Shown: one piece after another, positions 27,501-46,083 of the stretch | Layout of the letters: each line of letters opens with the position of its first letter | Numbering within the stretch: the first letter of the stretch is position 1 | Assembly: GCF_009914755.1 (NCBI RefSeq) | Contig: NC_060926.1 | Length of the DNA stretch: 64,000 bases | Origin: the human T2T-CHM13v2.0 reference genome, Homo sapiens | Reading direction: 5' to 3' (one strand) | Notes under the pieces: generated by a model | Told to the model about the DNA's origin: nothing | The model's database searches: none | What the model saw: only the letters and a program-made list of their open reading frames with translations | Program-made: the position numbers and the translations under genes

Positions 27501-28377
27501 GTCACTATCTTAAGGTTCAAGCCACTAGATTCTGTGTTTAGGGTCCCTCAGAGCTCTAGGATTCTATGGTTCTGTGACTGTACCCACCACAATTTGACAG
27601 CCAGGTTTAACTCAGAACTAAGTAGTCACCCAAGAAGAGAGATCGGGACTGGAAGAGACTGGGAGACACCCTTCTGCAGATCTCAGACTGGAGAATATTA
27701 ACTAATCAGACATTCTCTGCAGCACAGGGTGCCTGGGTTATAAGTAGCTTCCTAACTCTGAAAACTCCCTAACTCTTCCAAAGTGAGTTGCCTTACTAGG
27801 CACATGATGAGTTCAGGAGTCATGCAGGAAAGTGTCAAAAGTTTTTTCAAAATCCTGGTATATTTTGCAAGACTCACCCGGTTCTAGCCCAATCCTAGGG
27901 TGATAAGAATATGCTGAGAGGAAGGCCAGGGGCCAGGCTGCTCCGGAAAGACCCTGAGAGTACCCTCTCCACTCCAGATCTTGGCTGGAGAGGGTTGGGG
28001 TGGGAGTTAGAGGAGGACAGGAAGGGAAGCTTCCAAACCACCTGGGACAGACTTGACACTCACACCCCACCCTATTATGAATCTAGTTTATTCTGCCTCC
28101 GGGCCTTCTGGCGTTTTTGTTTTGTTTTGAAGATCTGTTTGGTTTTGTTTTTTTCTACATCTGTTTCTAAGTCCCTCCTGTTTAGTTCTTTTGCTCTAAA
28201 TAGATCAGTAATGGCCTCAAACTGTGTATGGGGCTGTGACACAGGCTACTGGGATTCTTAATAGCCTCCCTGGGGCTCCTCCTATTTCCCTGAGGAAGTA
28301 ATAGAAGCTCTAAGAGCACAGGCCAACACAAAGGTGAGGTGTCCCTCATGGACCTAGTCTCAGGACAAATACAGTGA

Positions 28378-28569
<192 letters not shown>

Positions 28570-29494
28570 TGAGCTCGAGGGAGTTTCTTTTGTCCTTAGA
28601 GAATCTGGAACTAGCCAGGTTCTGATTCTGCCAAGAAATCCACTTCCTAGTCAAGGAATATTCTTGGAGCCCAGTGCTCCACTGCGCCTCCCAACACATA
28701 CACAACAGGGCACCTGTACATAAATCTATTGTCTTGTCTGAGCTTGGTATGAATTCCTCACCTGTTAAGAATGTTGGTTGTTTTTTCCTGCTCCTTACAG
28801 GCTGATACAATTTCATTAGATACATTTTCTTCATTCCCTCCTTGTTACCCCTGGCTAAGAATCCCTTTACCTTTTTGACATTCTCCTTTTTTGCATCTCT
28901 GAGATCTTCACAGGGCATTGTTTTAAGTTATTCCCCCACAGAGAATTGTCAAATAACCAAGTAGTCAGTCCACTTACTGTTCCATTTATCCCTTAACACT
29001 CTAGAAATGTGCTCATTTAGCTGAGGTTTTCTGAAAACACATCTAAGGGGATGTGGAGATGCACAGAGTCAAAGATAGCTTTTTTTCCTTTAAAAAAAAC
29101 TTTATTTTTAATGACACAAGTCTTTTCTTTAAACATTCAGGATGCAAAGAAATTGATTCCTGGGGAGAAAGGTGACGATTTTCAAGCCAGCGGGGGAAAG
29201 ATGTTGCCTTTTACCTCCTTTGTCTTCTGTCCAGGGCTCACCTGAACCATCTTTCCTTAGTCTTTCAATAGAAAAGGCTCTTGTTGCAAACACCAGAGAG
29301 CCAGCAGGCTGAGTACTGGATTGTTCAAAACAGCCGTGGAAACTCTGGTCTAAATAAAACCCAGCCGAAATATTTTTTACTTTAACCGAGAAGCCTCACC
29401 AGCCTCAACAATCTCAGAAACTGAAAAAAGTATCAGTGCTGCTGGGGACAGGAGTCAGAGTTTCCTGTCACCATGCCTGGGATGATAGGGTCAT

Positions 29495-29765
29495 GCGATG
29501 GTATGGTTAAGGGCATGGGTACAAGGTTTACAAAACACATGGCTGGGTTTATGAAGCCTGCCTCCACCTCTTACTACCTGTGCTAGCTGGGGTAGATTAC
29601 TTAACATCTCTGTGCCTCAGGCTCCCCTTCTACAAAATGAGAATAACAAAAGGAGCTACTGTAGGGTTGCTAGGAGGATTAAATTAGATAATACACACAG
29701 AGCAATGAAAACAGTGTCTGATACATAGGAAGCATTATGTAAGAATTAGCTACCTGTATTATCAT
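29495..29765 (+). mobile_element. MIR, near full length
   Basis: tggttaagggcatggg...ctctgtgcctcag...gaggattaaattagataata. Confidence 0.85.
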
Positions 29766-29780
29766 TGCAGTAATGTAATG

Positions 29781-29784
<4 letters not shown>

Positions 29785-29824
<40 letters not shown>
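29785..29824. repeat. (AT)20 microsatellite
   Basis: Direct reading. Confidence 0.98.
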
Positions 29825-29827
<3 letters not shown>

Positions 29828-30336
29828 GCACATGTCTCTCCAACAGGCTATACAAGGTTTGAGCAGATCCTTCATTTCTTTGGATATTTATATGCACAGG
29901 GGTTGCCCTAATTGTAGAGCCCTTATAAATCTACCAGTCCATGCCGAGATGCTTATAACCTAAGCCCTTGCTGCAAGCCCCTTGTTTTGCTTCCTGGCAC
30001 TGAGCCTAGCAGCCTGTCCCGGCCCCACATTAAAGTCAGAGAGGAAAGAGACAGAGGGCCAGCTGCTCCAACTCCTTCAGTCTGAGCAGGGTGTGGCAGG
30101 CAAGGGTTGGGACTTTGGCAGGAGAAGTGAAGTCCCCAGCCAAAGAGTGACCAACCAAGCATGAGACAGTGTCTTGCTCTCCTTCTGTCATACACAACCC
30201 CCAATACGTACCCTCACAACACCCCAACACTACCCAACACCACGACTCACATAGACACCAGCAAAGCTGTCCTGCTCTCGACACCCTCCCCCTTGGCCTT
30301 TTTCTCTGGGACAGACCCTAACTGGGTAGCATTCTT

Positions 30337-30662
30337 TTTTTCTTTTCTTCTTCTTTTTTTTTTTTTTTTTTTTTGAGACGCATTGCACTCCTGTTGCCCA
30401 GGCTGGAGTGCAATGGTGCAATCTTGGCTCGCCACAACCTCCGCCTCCTGGGTTCAAGCGATTCTCCTGCCTCAGCCTCCTGAGTAGCTGGGATTACAGG
30501 CATTTGCCACCACACCCGGCTAATTTTGTATTTTTTAGTAGAGACGGGGTTTCTCCATGTTGGTCAGGCTGGTCCCGAACAGGCTGGTCCCGACCTCAGG
30601 TGATATGCCTGCCTCGGTCCCAAAGTGCTGGGATTGGGTGGCGTGAGCCACCACACCTGGCC
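30337..30662 (-). mobile_element. AluSp/Sq-like
   Basis: tttctccatgttggtcaggctgg; internal duplication of aggctggtcccga. Confidence 0.93.
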
Positions 30663-30671
30663 TCAGGGTAA

Positions 30672-30977
<306 letters not shown>

Positions 30978-31039
30978 AGCCTCAGGGTAACACTCTTAAC
31001 TCCAGTCTGTGATGCAGGGCCGGAGTGGGAGGTGGCAGG

Positions 31040-31280
31040 ACAGTACACAGACATCAGAGTTGCAGGGACTGCACACATCCACGCTCCTCTGTGTACTAGC
31101 TGTGGACCTTAGCAGGAGAGTTCATCTCTCTGAGCTTCAGTTTCCTCATCTGTAAAATAATAATGCCTATATTCAAGGAATAGTGTTGGGATTAACCTAG
31201 ATAATAACTAGAAAACATTCAACACAAGTGCCTTGTATACAGCTACTGTCCTATAAATGGTACCGGTTGTGATTGTTATT
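31040..31280 (+). mobile_element. MIR
   Basis: ctctctgagcttcagtttcctcatctgtaaaat core. Confidence 0.85.
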
Positions 31281-32264
31281 GTTCATGGTTCTTCCTGTTG
31301 CTGAGAACAGGGCAGGCATAAAGAAAGAAAGAGAGACGAAGAAACTTGAGGTAAACTACTTCATGAAGGAAATCTCCACCCCAGAAAGAAACCAATACCC
31401 TTCATCCTCTCGGCAAGTTTCGGAGCATCCACATACCACCAGAAACTTGAATCTGTCATGTTTTCTAATTTGGGACCTTAAAAAGGGAACAACCATTAGC
31501 AAGTGTATTCATATCAGTCATATTATCAACCCAGATCGCTTATTTGAACAGCAGAATTCTTGGTTTCTTGTCCCCACTGCCTGCCAGCAGGAGACACGTG
31601 GTTGTGTTCTGATGGCACCAGCCCTACATCCTGTACTCTCACACATGGCCATTTCCCAGCGGAGCCCCGGGCAGGAGCCTGATCCACCCACTGATGATCA
31701 TCCCACGTTGGGCCATTCGTCCAGGTTCCCCCTCCTGGCTGTCTGAGGTCATCGTCCTCTCTGACAATGACTCTTTCCCATTTTGGGGTCTCAGGCCCCT
31801 TTAAGAATCTGGGAAAAGGACAAATGCTTCCTTGTAATTTGCATAGATTCTGGCTAGCTTCTAGGCCCCCTTAAGACCACTGTTCCAGAATATGTGGGGA
31901 CACTAGAGCCTGCTTCCTGTCTTGGCTGTACCCCACAGAGTCTATTGGAATTTGGCTTCCCTGAGGATCAGAGTGTTCTTCCACCTGGCGGCCTGCATGG
32001 AGCCAGCTTGTTAAAAAGTGGTCCCATATGCGCCACACTGCTTTGCTTAGAGCTTCATGTTCTGGCAACGAACCCAAAGAGACTGAGCTGTCCCACATTT
32101 CTGAAGAAAAGTGAAAAGACAAAGCATGGGTAATTTCCCAGTGTTCTACAACCAGAGGAGGGTATGTGGCCCTGACCCAGGGGCCAGGGAGGTGGGATGC
32201 TCTCAACCTATGCCACAGCCAAACCAGAAGCTTGGCGGCAGGAACTAACGTGAGCCGGTCATTC

Positions 32265-32460
32265 GTGCTGTGCTGTGAGCTATGATAACTGTCTAACTTA
32301 ATCCGTTCAGCAACCCTGTGTGGTGAGAATATTCTCCCCATTTCACAGATGAAGAAACAGGCACACTGAGGTCAAGGAATTTGCCAAGATCCCAGTACAG
32401 AAGAGCTAGGGCTTGAACCCAGGGAGTCTAACTCCAGAGCCAAACGGCTGACCTCTCCAC
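32265..32460 (-). mobile_element. MIR
   Basis: ccccatttcacagatgaagaaacagg...gcttgaacccagg. Confidence 0.8.
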
Positions 32461-33579
32461 TACCTCACCTCTGTTATCAGTTGCCTCATCTTTGTTATTA
32501 CAGACAGACTGGAGAGCAGGAGAAAACAGAAATGTTCCCACAGTGCTCACCTCTGGCATCCTCTCCAGTGATGTCACACTCCCAACAGACTGGAATTCAG
32601 AGAAGCAAAGTAACTGCCAAGCCACATTGGTTCCCTGATGCCCCCTGGTCTCTTCTTCCCAGAAGCAAAAGGCACCAGAGAGGGACAGGTGGGGAGCTCA
32701 GTACCAAAGGACTTGCTTCTCTACCAAATCAGGGCATCTGGGCTTTTCGGACTTGGGTCAGGGGACCTCATCCCTGGGTTTCTCCACCCAGACCTGCTCC
32801 TAAGGAGTATAAGTTGTCACAGCTGCAGGCTAAAGACTTTGCTACATCCACACTAACTAAGACAATAGCAACTAGATCAAGACTCTAAACACATATCCTG
32901 GTGGCCTCCAAAAAGTCACCAGAACACTTTCATCTGGGTTGTGTAAATTGGGATATAGCTTCCTACCCAAGAACAAAAAAAAGATGATTTGAGCCTAAGC
33001 ATTGCTATGTCCTGTCACCTGTCCCTCACAAAGGACCTAATCACAAATTCCTGCCCCAAACCCCTGCCATGAATACACTCCTTAAAGTACAATCTATGTA
33101 CGGACAACCAATAGTATACTTCATAGTCACATTTTCACTAACAGCATCATGGTATTGAAAACAGGATGGTATTCTTGACTAAAATCACATACTTTTAGAC
33201 ACCTGACAATGCTAGAAGCAGCTTCCACATCCAAAATGCCAGAGGGCCTCTATGGGAGATATTCCAGATTGATTTTATAACCATCCTGACTGGTGTTTGA
33301 GAGCAGCATGGAAACAAATCCCATCTTTGTCACACGCTGGGGACTTAATGTAAAACCCTAAATGCTACTGAGATACACAATTTGACTCCTTCTCATATTA
33401 TCATGCTTCGACACCCTTTTGATGGACTGTTTGTTATAAAGGACCAGGAAGAATACTTCAGAAGATTTGAATGGAACTTAGGCAACAGCTTTCTTTGACA
33501 GATTTGGAAAAATGAGATCCAGAGAAGTTAATTACATCACTTAGTTGATCTATTGAGAAAATATCTGTGATTGGAGACA

Positions 33580-33745
33580 GAAACTTGGGCTGGAGTGCTA
33601 GTTCTGCCTCTTCCAAATCCCTGTAATCTTGATGAAGTTAGTCAAAAGGCTCAGTTTTCTCACCTGTAAAAGCGGACCATAAGCCCCTTCTCAGAACTGA
33701 TGCAAAGATAGCAGTAGATACTGGAGCTTGTGGAAATGTTTTATA
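33580..33745 (+). mobile_element. MIR
   Basis: ctcagttttctcacctgtaaaa core. Confidence 0.6.
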
Positions 33746-33759
33746 AAAGGTAACAGGTT

Positions 33760-34125
<366 letters not shown>

Positions 34126-35569
34126 TCATTTTTCCTTTGTCTATTGAAAAGATCACAGAAGCAATGGTGGTGGATGTTGGGAATGTTTGTGCTGGCTTTA
34201 CAAATGTTGGGTTCTCTTTTAATTAAGACCTGTCTTTTCTTTTCTTCGGATGGGAGAGAGCCTGGCCTGCCTTAACGGCCTCCAGACCTGCATATGGCAT
34301 ATGTTACTGCTGCCAGTGGAAGACAAAACCCAAAAGGAGAGAGAGGGAAAAAATAAATCTTTTGGTTTTGCAGCTAAATAGCCCAAAACACAGCTAGCAA
34401 AGTTCCATAAAGGTTTGGCATTCACCAACACACAGTGGAAACAAAGCTGACCCCTCCCCTGGCCATGCCCTCTGACCCCACGGCCAGGAATACTTCTGCT
34501 GTCAGCCTGGGGAGCTGGCTTCAGGGTTTTCCTTGGGGGCTGTTTGCCTTTGGGGGTTGGGGAGGGAGTATTTTAGTACCAGCCCCCATTCCCAACTGGC
34601 AGGGGGAGTTTACTGATTAATATTCATGAGCAATATTTTGTGCCTGCTGCAGTTTCTCATGCAAGGTGGGTTTTGAGGGAGGAATATATTACGGAAATCA
34701 CCCTCCTGCCACCACCTTTGGAAATACAGGACCCAAGTCCCAAATTGTAAATATTTAACACGGGGAACCTCCTTTCCTTCTGTCTCCCCGCCGCCACCCC
34801 TTACCCTCTCCCTGTATACATTAAACTCATTCTTTCCGTTTAACAAGGGCCACTGTGTTTCTTCCCAGCTCTGTTCAGTTGGAACCTTGGGTCTGTGTCC
34901 ATAGAGTCACATAAAATGTCCATAAATCCCTTCAGCCACAGGACACAATTGATGGTAATTCTTTGCCGTTAAAGTTGTCACTGGCCACAGCCCCAGAGCT
35001 GGGAAATGCGTTCTATCTGCTCCGTCAGATCCAGCCCTGTGCAGTCAGTCAAGGACCCCCAGTCCTTAGCCCCCAACCCGCAGCCCCTGGAGATGAACCC
35101 AAGAAAAAATAGAAAACAGTAAGAAGAATGCTGAGGTGATTTCCATTGATTTGGGGTGGGAGGGGGTATTCCTTCTTTCCCACACTCAGCGCCCTCATGG
35201 CTGGAATATCCTACCAGTGGGAATATTCTAATTGGCAGCAGGTGGAGACAGAAAGAGCAGGGAAACCAGGAAGTGGAGAGCACAGGTTTAGGACACATCT
35301 TTGACTGAAGTTTTATCTCATCAGTAAAATGAAAGAAAGGAGACTTGCCATCTCTACCATGTGGGAACATGGGGAGGATGGAAGGCAAGAGGGACTTTCG
35401 AGGAACTTTGTGCAACAGCTGCACAGCCTTGGCTTCCGAGGTCTTCATTTGATTGTAGTGGTTGTTGCCAACTGCATGACAATAATAAAACAAGGGTAAT
35501 GCAGATTCAGAGATGGAGGTGGACTGTACGGGACTCCTCCCATGAGCAGAGGGCCTTTGATGAGGCCCT

Positions 35570-35790
35570 CAGCTGGATCATCTCATTTAACTCCCACATT
35601 AGCCTTGTGGACTAGGTACTTATCCCCCTTCAGAGATTAGGAAACAGGCCCAGCAAGGCCAAGGAACTTGCTCAAGGCCACAAGACAAGGCAGTGGTGGA
35701 GCCAGGCCTTGAACCTGGCTTTCTTGTGTGACCTTGGACAAGCTATTTCAGATCTCTGAGTCTCAGTGTCCTCATCTGCAAAAATTAAGG
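35570..35790. mobile_element. Two abutting MIR fragments in opposite orientation
   Basis: Minus-strand MIR to about 35720, then plus-strand tgtgaccttggacaag...cctcatctgcaaaa. Confidence 0.75.
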
Positions 35791-37539
35791 GGCTATGCAG
35801 GATGCAAGCTCCCCCAGGCCGAGAATACTGGAGCACCATTGTCGACAATCTACCTGAGCCTGTAACAACAGGCCATGGTCCACATTCCACCAGGGGAGAC
35901 CCTGAGCCAATGTCTGTGGGGTGGATGAACTGAAGGCTGGGTCAGTCCAGGCGCAGGCATGCTCTGTGTAGGGCCCTCACTGGTTGCCTCTCCCAGGGCC
36001 GGCATCTTCTGTCGGTCACAGCAGAGACCCTGCCAGTGGGATCCATGTCCAGTGGCAGGAAAGCTTCTCAGGCGAGAGGCTACAGGCTACAGAGCAAGCC
36101 AGATGGACACGGCTTTTCCCAAACAAAGAAAATATTCTCCCTGGCACCCAGCCTCCCTGGCTCTGCAAGCAAACCAAGAAGAAAAGCCACCCTGTAGCCT
36201 GCTGACAGACAGCACGGTGGCAGCCAGCCAGCCCTGTGCCCACATCGCTCAATCAGCCCATTCTCCTCGCATCCTCCCTGGGGCGCTGCTCTAGTCCTCT
36301 TGTGGGGCCTCACAGAAAGGAAGTTGGGCAGAAGCAGATTGAGGCAGCCTTGCTCTCAGTCGAACCTCTCCAAAAGGCAGTTTAAAAGGCTTGATTCTGT
36401 GGGAGTTGCTGGGGATGCTCCAAAACCGGAATGGCTTCAGAGCCTCCAGAAAGATTTCCTGTCTCACCTTCACCCCCGCTGCCTGCCCTTCCCAGAATAT
36501 GAGCAGCACATATTCCGGAAAGCCCACGCTGACAAGTGCGATTACCTTCCAAGCTGTTGTAGCGTACCAGTGGGGAGAGTCCTGTTGAGGTTAGAGGAGA
36601 GGAACCTCACCTCCAGCTGAGTCTCTTGCCACAACCTTTAGGGCAGGCCTCAGCAACTCTCAGCCTCCGTTTCCTTCAGGGTGAAAATGAGGCCCAATCC
36701 GATTTGTGACCAGCTTGACTGTGGGAGTAGCTCAGAGACTTCAGCACATATAACCAGGTACAACGTGACACGGGGCCGCACAGACCTGTATTTGTACCGG
36801 AAAAAAATTTTCTATTTATCTACTCTTGTCTGATGCCAATCTCGTGACCTATGAACGCCTGCTCTGAGTTCCTGAGACCCAGAACAGGGACAGCCTCAGC
36901 CACCATTTTACCTGGCCTGATCCAAATTAGAGAAATTGCCTTTCTTTTTTAAACTCCAGAGAACCTGTTTCCTGCAACAGCTGGTACATGAACTGCATGT
37001 GTAAGATATTGAGCCCTGTGGGCCCCCGGGACCCCAGTGATTAAAGTGCCAGGGCAATGCTGAGTCTTCACCAACAACCAGAGTGACTGGGTGGTTACTC
37101 AGCCACAGTAGAGTCAGGGCTTGTCACTGAATGCTCTGCTTCCTTGTATGTGATATAGAATCTTCTCTCTGAAGACAAAGAATAAAACAGAGGTGCTAGA
37201 ATGTTTCCTCAGCTTCCTCCCAATCATATCTGCTTGCTTCTAGGCAACCCCTATTTCCTTTATTAACTAATGGCAGGAAAAATTTATTACCAGCTGGAAT
37301 CCAAGGACTTAAAGGCACTGTTGACCTGAAAAAGCATTTCTGGGGATATGAGGACAGCTGGAGTCTGAGAAGTGGCGCCGACATAGATGACCTTAAGTGA
37401 GTCACACAAGCTTCTCTGCTTCATTTTCTCCACCTGTGAGGAGTTGCACCACCTTAGCTCTTACCAGTGATAGAGGAGCACGTGAAATACCAGCGCACAC
37501 ACGTGGGCAATAAACAGAAGACCCTATTGGGGGTTTTCA

Positions 37540-38247
<708 letters not shown>

Positions 38248-38773
38248 TCAGGTAATTTTCCTGAACTAGGCGCCATTTATGAGGCCCAGAATGCTTCACA
38301 GACCAAACTACCCCACCATGAGACTATCACTCCCCACTCCCTCTCCATGCAATCACACTTCCCCACCACCACGACTGTGTAGTCTTCAGACGTAGCAGCT
38401 GGCTTTGAGTGGTTTTCCAGATCAGTGATGGTTCTGTGCAAATCCATTCATCTCTCCTTAAGTGGTCTCCTTGGAGGCCACAGTCATGTTTGGTTAGGGG
38501 AGGCTGGTTGGGGTAAAAGCCACAGATCCAGGTTGTGGTAAAAACAAAGCTGACAGGCTCACATAGGGCAGGAACCTGTGACTTCAGGCACAGCTGGTCT
38601 ATAATCAACAGGGCTGAGCAGCCTTTCCCCAGGGTTAGGACTAATAGGTCCCAAGACATACTTAACCATCACTTAGGCTATTAGATAATGCCCCTTGCCC
38701 ACCGGGACCTGAGACTACAGCTCTTTTAAATGTTTTCGTGTTTCTGTTTTGCGGTCAAATACTCTACCACTAA

Positions 38774-39143
<370 letters not shown>

Positions 39144-39265
39144 ACAACTCTCTTTATAAATATGTTTTCAGAGAGTTTTTTATTTTACAACCCAAAATTA
39201 TTTTCTTATATACATTACTAACCCAATGCCAATGCCCAGCACATAGGTTTTAAATATTTATTTTA

Positions 39266-39793
<528 letters not shown>

Positions 39794-39834
39794 AATACTT
39801 ATTTTTCTTTCTTTTTTTAAAAAAATATTTTTAA

Positions 39835-40907
<1,073 letters not shown>

Positions 40908-41099
40908 GGGTTTTTTATTTATATATTCACTTTTCTTAATTGTGTTCATTTCTTCCATCATGGGCTATTGGAGGTATTATGATAATCAGCAAAACTTAGT
41001 TATACACTTAAATCAAACAGTCCTTGACCATGTTTCTCAAATGCCAAGCCCAGGAGGTTTGGACCATGTGAATTCATTTATTAGAAATTCTATTACTGA

Positions 41100-41265
41100 A
41101 CCAGCATAGTGGCATGCACTTGTACTCCCAGTTACTTGGAAGGTTGAGGCAGGAGGGTCCCCTGAGGCCAGGAGTTTGAGGCTGCAGCACACTACGATTG
41201 CACCTGTGAATAGCCACCACACGCCAGCCTGGGCAACATAGTGAGACCCCATCTCTAAGACAAAA
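41100..41265 (+). mobile_element. FAM (fossil Alu monomer)
   Basis: Monomer with the 7SL-like segment gcacctgtgaatagccac; 15-bp TSD AAATTCTATTACTGA. Confidence 0.88.
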
Positions 41266-41452
41266 AAATTCTATTACTGATTTGTATGTTCTGTATGCTA
41301 CTTTGACACAAGTAGGCCCAGAAATATTTAATTTGTCTGAGAAATATATTGCTAAGCTTGAAGACAACAATGAAAAATATCAATGAGAATTGTAGGGCAA
41401 AAGTTGTACGATTATTTTTTAGCAAAAAAATATGGGGAAACATTTGTGTTTA

Positions 41453-42094
<642 letters not shown>

Positions 42095-42609
42095 GTCTAA
42101 ACACATGAAAGAAAAAAAATCTATAAAGTCTCAGAATCTAGGCAAAACAAGCAAAAACAAAACAAAAACTTCGCAACTCCATTACTGATGTCACCATGAA
42201 TTATCTTCTTTATCACCTCCACCCACAGTGTAATGACAGATAAATTACATGCCTGAAGTCATGCTCCAGGCTGAGGCCTAGACCGACTTTTTCTCTTTTT
42301 CCTAAATCAGACACCACCAAGGCAAGATGAATCTGCAGGAAACTTAGTGAGGGCAGAAATCATGTATGGGGAGTAGAAATATTCTATTTGTTGGTTTTAA
42401 TACAACATGCTTCTTCTTGCACCTTATAGGAGGTGTGCTTGGATCTGAATATCAGGGATTATAAAGGATCAGATTTTCCCTGCCTAAAATCAAAGAACAA
42501 CAGAAGTACAAGAATGTTGAGCTTATTTGCTCCAGATTTAAGATATTTAACAAGTGGTGTGTCAGACCAGAAGGCAGATGGAGCGCGGGGCTGGTACATA
42601 CTGGTGCGA

Positions 42610-42750
42610 TGTGAGCCCTGATCTTGTCCAGCTCCCTATTGCACAGATGAGGAGTTTGACACTCAGAGAGGTGTCATAACTTGACCATGATCATGTGGCT
42701 AGCAAGTAGATGAGTCTGTCTGAAACCCTTATTCCTGGTTCACTGCTTTT
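42610..42750 (-). mobile_element. MIR
   Basis: acagatgaggag...ctcagagagg...aacttgaccatgatca. Confidence 0.6.
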
Positions 42751-42809
42751 TTTCCCACTACAATATTCTGCTCCTTATTCAATATTAAACACCAAATATA
42801 AATACCAAA

Positions 42810-43310
42810 GAATGAATTACCATGGTCCCAAAACAGCTTTGACTCACGTACTAAAAAATGGCAGGAGTAAGGTGACTTCAGGTACAGCTTTAGAAGACCG
42901 TTTCACTCTTCCGGTATCTTGGATCCGCTTCTGTGGGATTGGCTTCCTTCTCAGATGGTCTTTCTCCCCATGATGACAAGGTGGCTGCTAGAACCTCTAA
43001 CCTAACATCCCTTGAGGTTAAGTCCAGCAGGAAAAAGTTCTCTTTTGCTCTTTCTCTCCAGTCCCAGCAAAAGCCTCATTGTGTCTCATTGGCTCTGACT
43101 GGGTCATATGACATTGCTAATCAATCATCGTGGCCTGGGGAATGAATGGACTGATTGGTTAAGGATTACATCCCATGCTGTCTCCCCACCCCCTCCGAAG
43201 GTGGGCTGAAAGTAAAGGAGGGGTGGTTTCTCCAAAGGAAGCCTGGGAACTATAACCTGGGTAAATAGATGAATGGATACTGGAGAACATAAAGCAACCA
43301 ATGTTGTTAC
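42810..43310 (-). mobile_element. Old MaLR LTR (MLT1K/J-like)
   Basis: gacttcaggtacagct...tctcattggctctgactgggtcatatg...aatcatcgtggcc. Confidence 0.65.
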
Positions 43311-43322
43311 AAATCACTGTCA

Positions 43323-43901
<579 letters not shown>

Positions 43902-43968
43902 TTACGGAGTTGCTGGGTTTTAAAACAAATTTTGAAAAACAGGAGAAGCAGATGAATGCGTAGAAGCG

Positions 43969-44334
43969 TGCTATTGTCTGAATGTTTGTCTCTCCCAAAT
44001 TCCTGTGTTGAAATCCCTACCCTTAAGGTGATGGTATTAGGAGGTGGAGCCTTTAGGAGGTGACTAGGTCATGAGAGCCCCACCCTTAGGAAAGGGATTA
44101 GTGCCTTCATAAAAGAGGCCCAAGAGAGACACCTCACCCCCATCATGTGAGGACATGGCAGGAAGGTGCTGTTCACCAGCCAGAGAGCAGGCCCTCACTA
44201 GACACCAAATTGGCCTTGATCTTGGAGTTCCCAGCCTCCAGTACTGTGAGAACTGCATAACGTAGCTTATGCTGTTGTTCATAAGCTACACAGTTTATGA
44301 TATTTTGTTATAGCAGTCTGAATGGACTAAAACA
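43969..44334 (+). mobile_element. MaLR solo LTR (MLT1A0-like)
   Basis: tgctattgtctgaatgtttg...gatggtattaggaggtgg...ggactaaaaca. Confidence 0.9.
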
Positions 44335-44409
44335 AGGAGAGAAGTATTTCAAGTAGACATGAAAACCTGATGCTGGCAACAATCATATGTGTGAGAGATG
44401 GACAGTCTT

Positions 44410-44750
44410 CACTCACTCACTCACTCATTCCTTCCCTCCCTCACTTAGTCAATGAATATCAGTCGAACTGTCAGTCCTGGGTCTATGACAGTGGATAAGA
44501 TACAGACCCTCCATCAGAGAGCTTGAGGCTAGTGGTGTCTGCAACAAGGAGGCTGAAGACTTGTTACAACAGGGAGAATACAGAGCGCAGTGCTGAGGGC
44601 CACCTATCTGAGAACTGGGGGAGAGGAGAAAGTGAAACTCTGCTGAGAGCAGGATGAGCCAGGCTGATCTAGGAAAAGTGGGAGAGAGGGGGGTTCTGGA
44701 TGAGGGAGGAATATGTGCAAACGCTCAAGTAGGTGGGGAAGAGCAGGCCA
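44410..44750 (-). mobile_element. L2 3' region
   Basis: (ACTC)n start, tcaatgaatatc, agtggataagatacagaccct. Confidence 0.6.
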
Positions 44751-45149
44751 AATTGGTTGAAGTCTTGAAGGCAGATGGGATAATTTAGATTTGATGAAAC
44801 CACTGCAGGCCCTACTCAGGGTTGGACTTCATGAAAATGGCGTAGAAGCAAAACTGCTTCACCAGGGAAGGGCAGGATAGTCTTTATAGTCGTTAGGACA
44901 CTTCCTTGCAACTAGGATATGGGAATTCTCACCTGAGGATATGAAGCCCAAATGGAATGAACCTTGAGGTAGAAAAACAGACAGCTCAGCAGTACATGCA
45001 AGAGATGTCAGCAGTCAGAAGGAAGTGGAGAGGAGGGAGTGAAAATGAGAGCTGAAGTGAGTACAGGGGCAAGGAAAGCAATAACAGAAGGTTATTTTAG
45101 CAGAAGAGGCAATAACAGAAACCAGAATGCTCTGGGGGAAAAATCCAGG

Positions 45150-45830
<681 letters not shown>

Positions 45831-45849
45831 CAGCGACCTGCACAAACTC

Positions 45850-46083
45850 TCCTTCTCCCTCCAGTACTCTTGATCCCCTTTTCTGGATTATTTTTTCCCA
45901 CAGCACTTACCAACTTCTAACATACTGATAATTTTTTGTCTTTTTATGTGTATAGATGATTGTGTTGCATCCCCTGTTAGAATACACATTCCAGGGATCC
46001 TTGTCAGTTTTCTTCACTAATGTATCCCCGAATGCCTGGCACAAAGCAGGTACTCAACAAATACTTGTTGAATGAATTGATGA
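45850..46083 (+). mobile_element. L2a-like 3' end
   Basis: tgcctggcacaaagcaggtactcaacaaatacttgttgaatgaa. Confidence 0.85.

Noticed and set aside
35887-35900. CTCF-like CCACCAGGGGAGAC (also CCACCTGGCGGCC at about 31981)
   Set aside because: Mismatches at core positions; cannot be supported without ChIP data.
36300-36620. 106-aa ORF with superficially protein-like composition
   Set aside because: Non-ATG start, no family similarity I recognise, no convincing splice boundaries.
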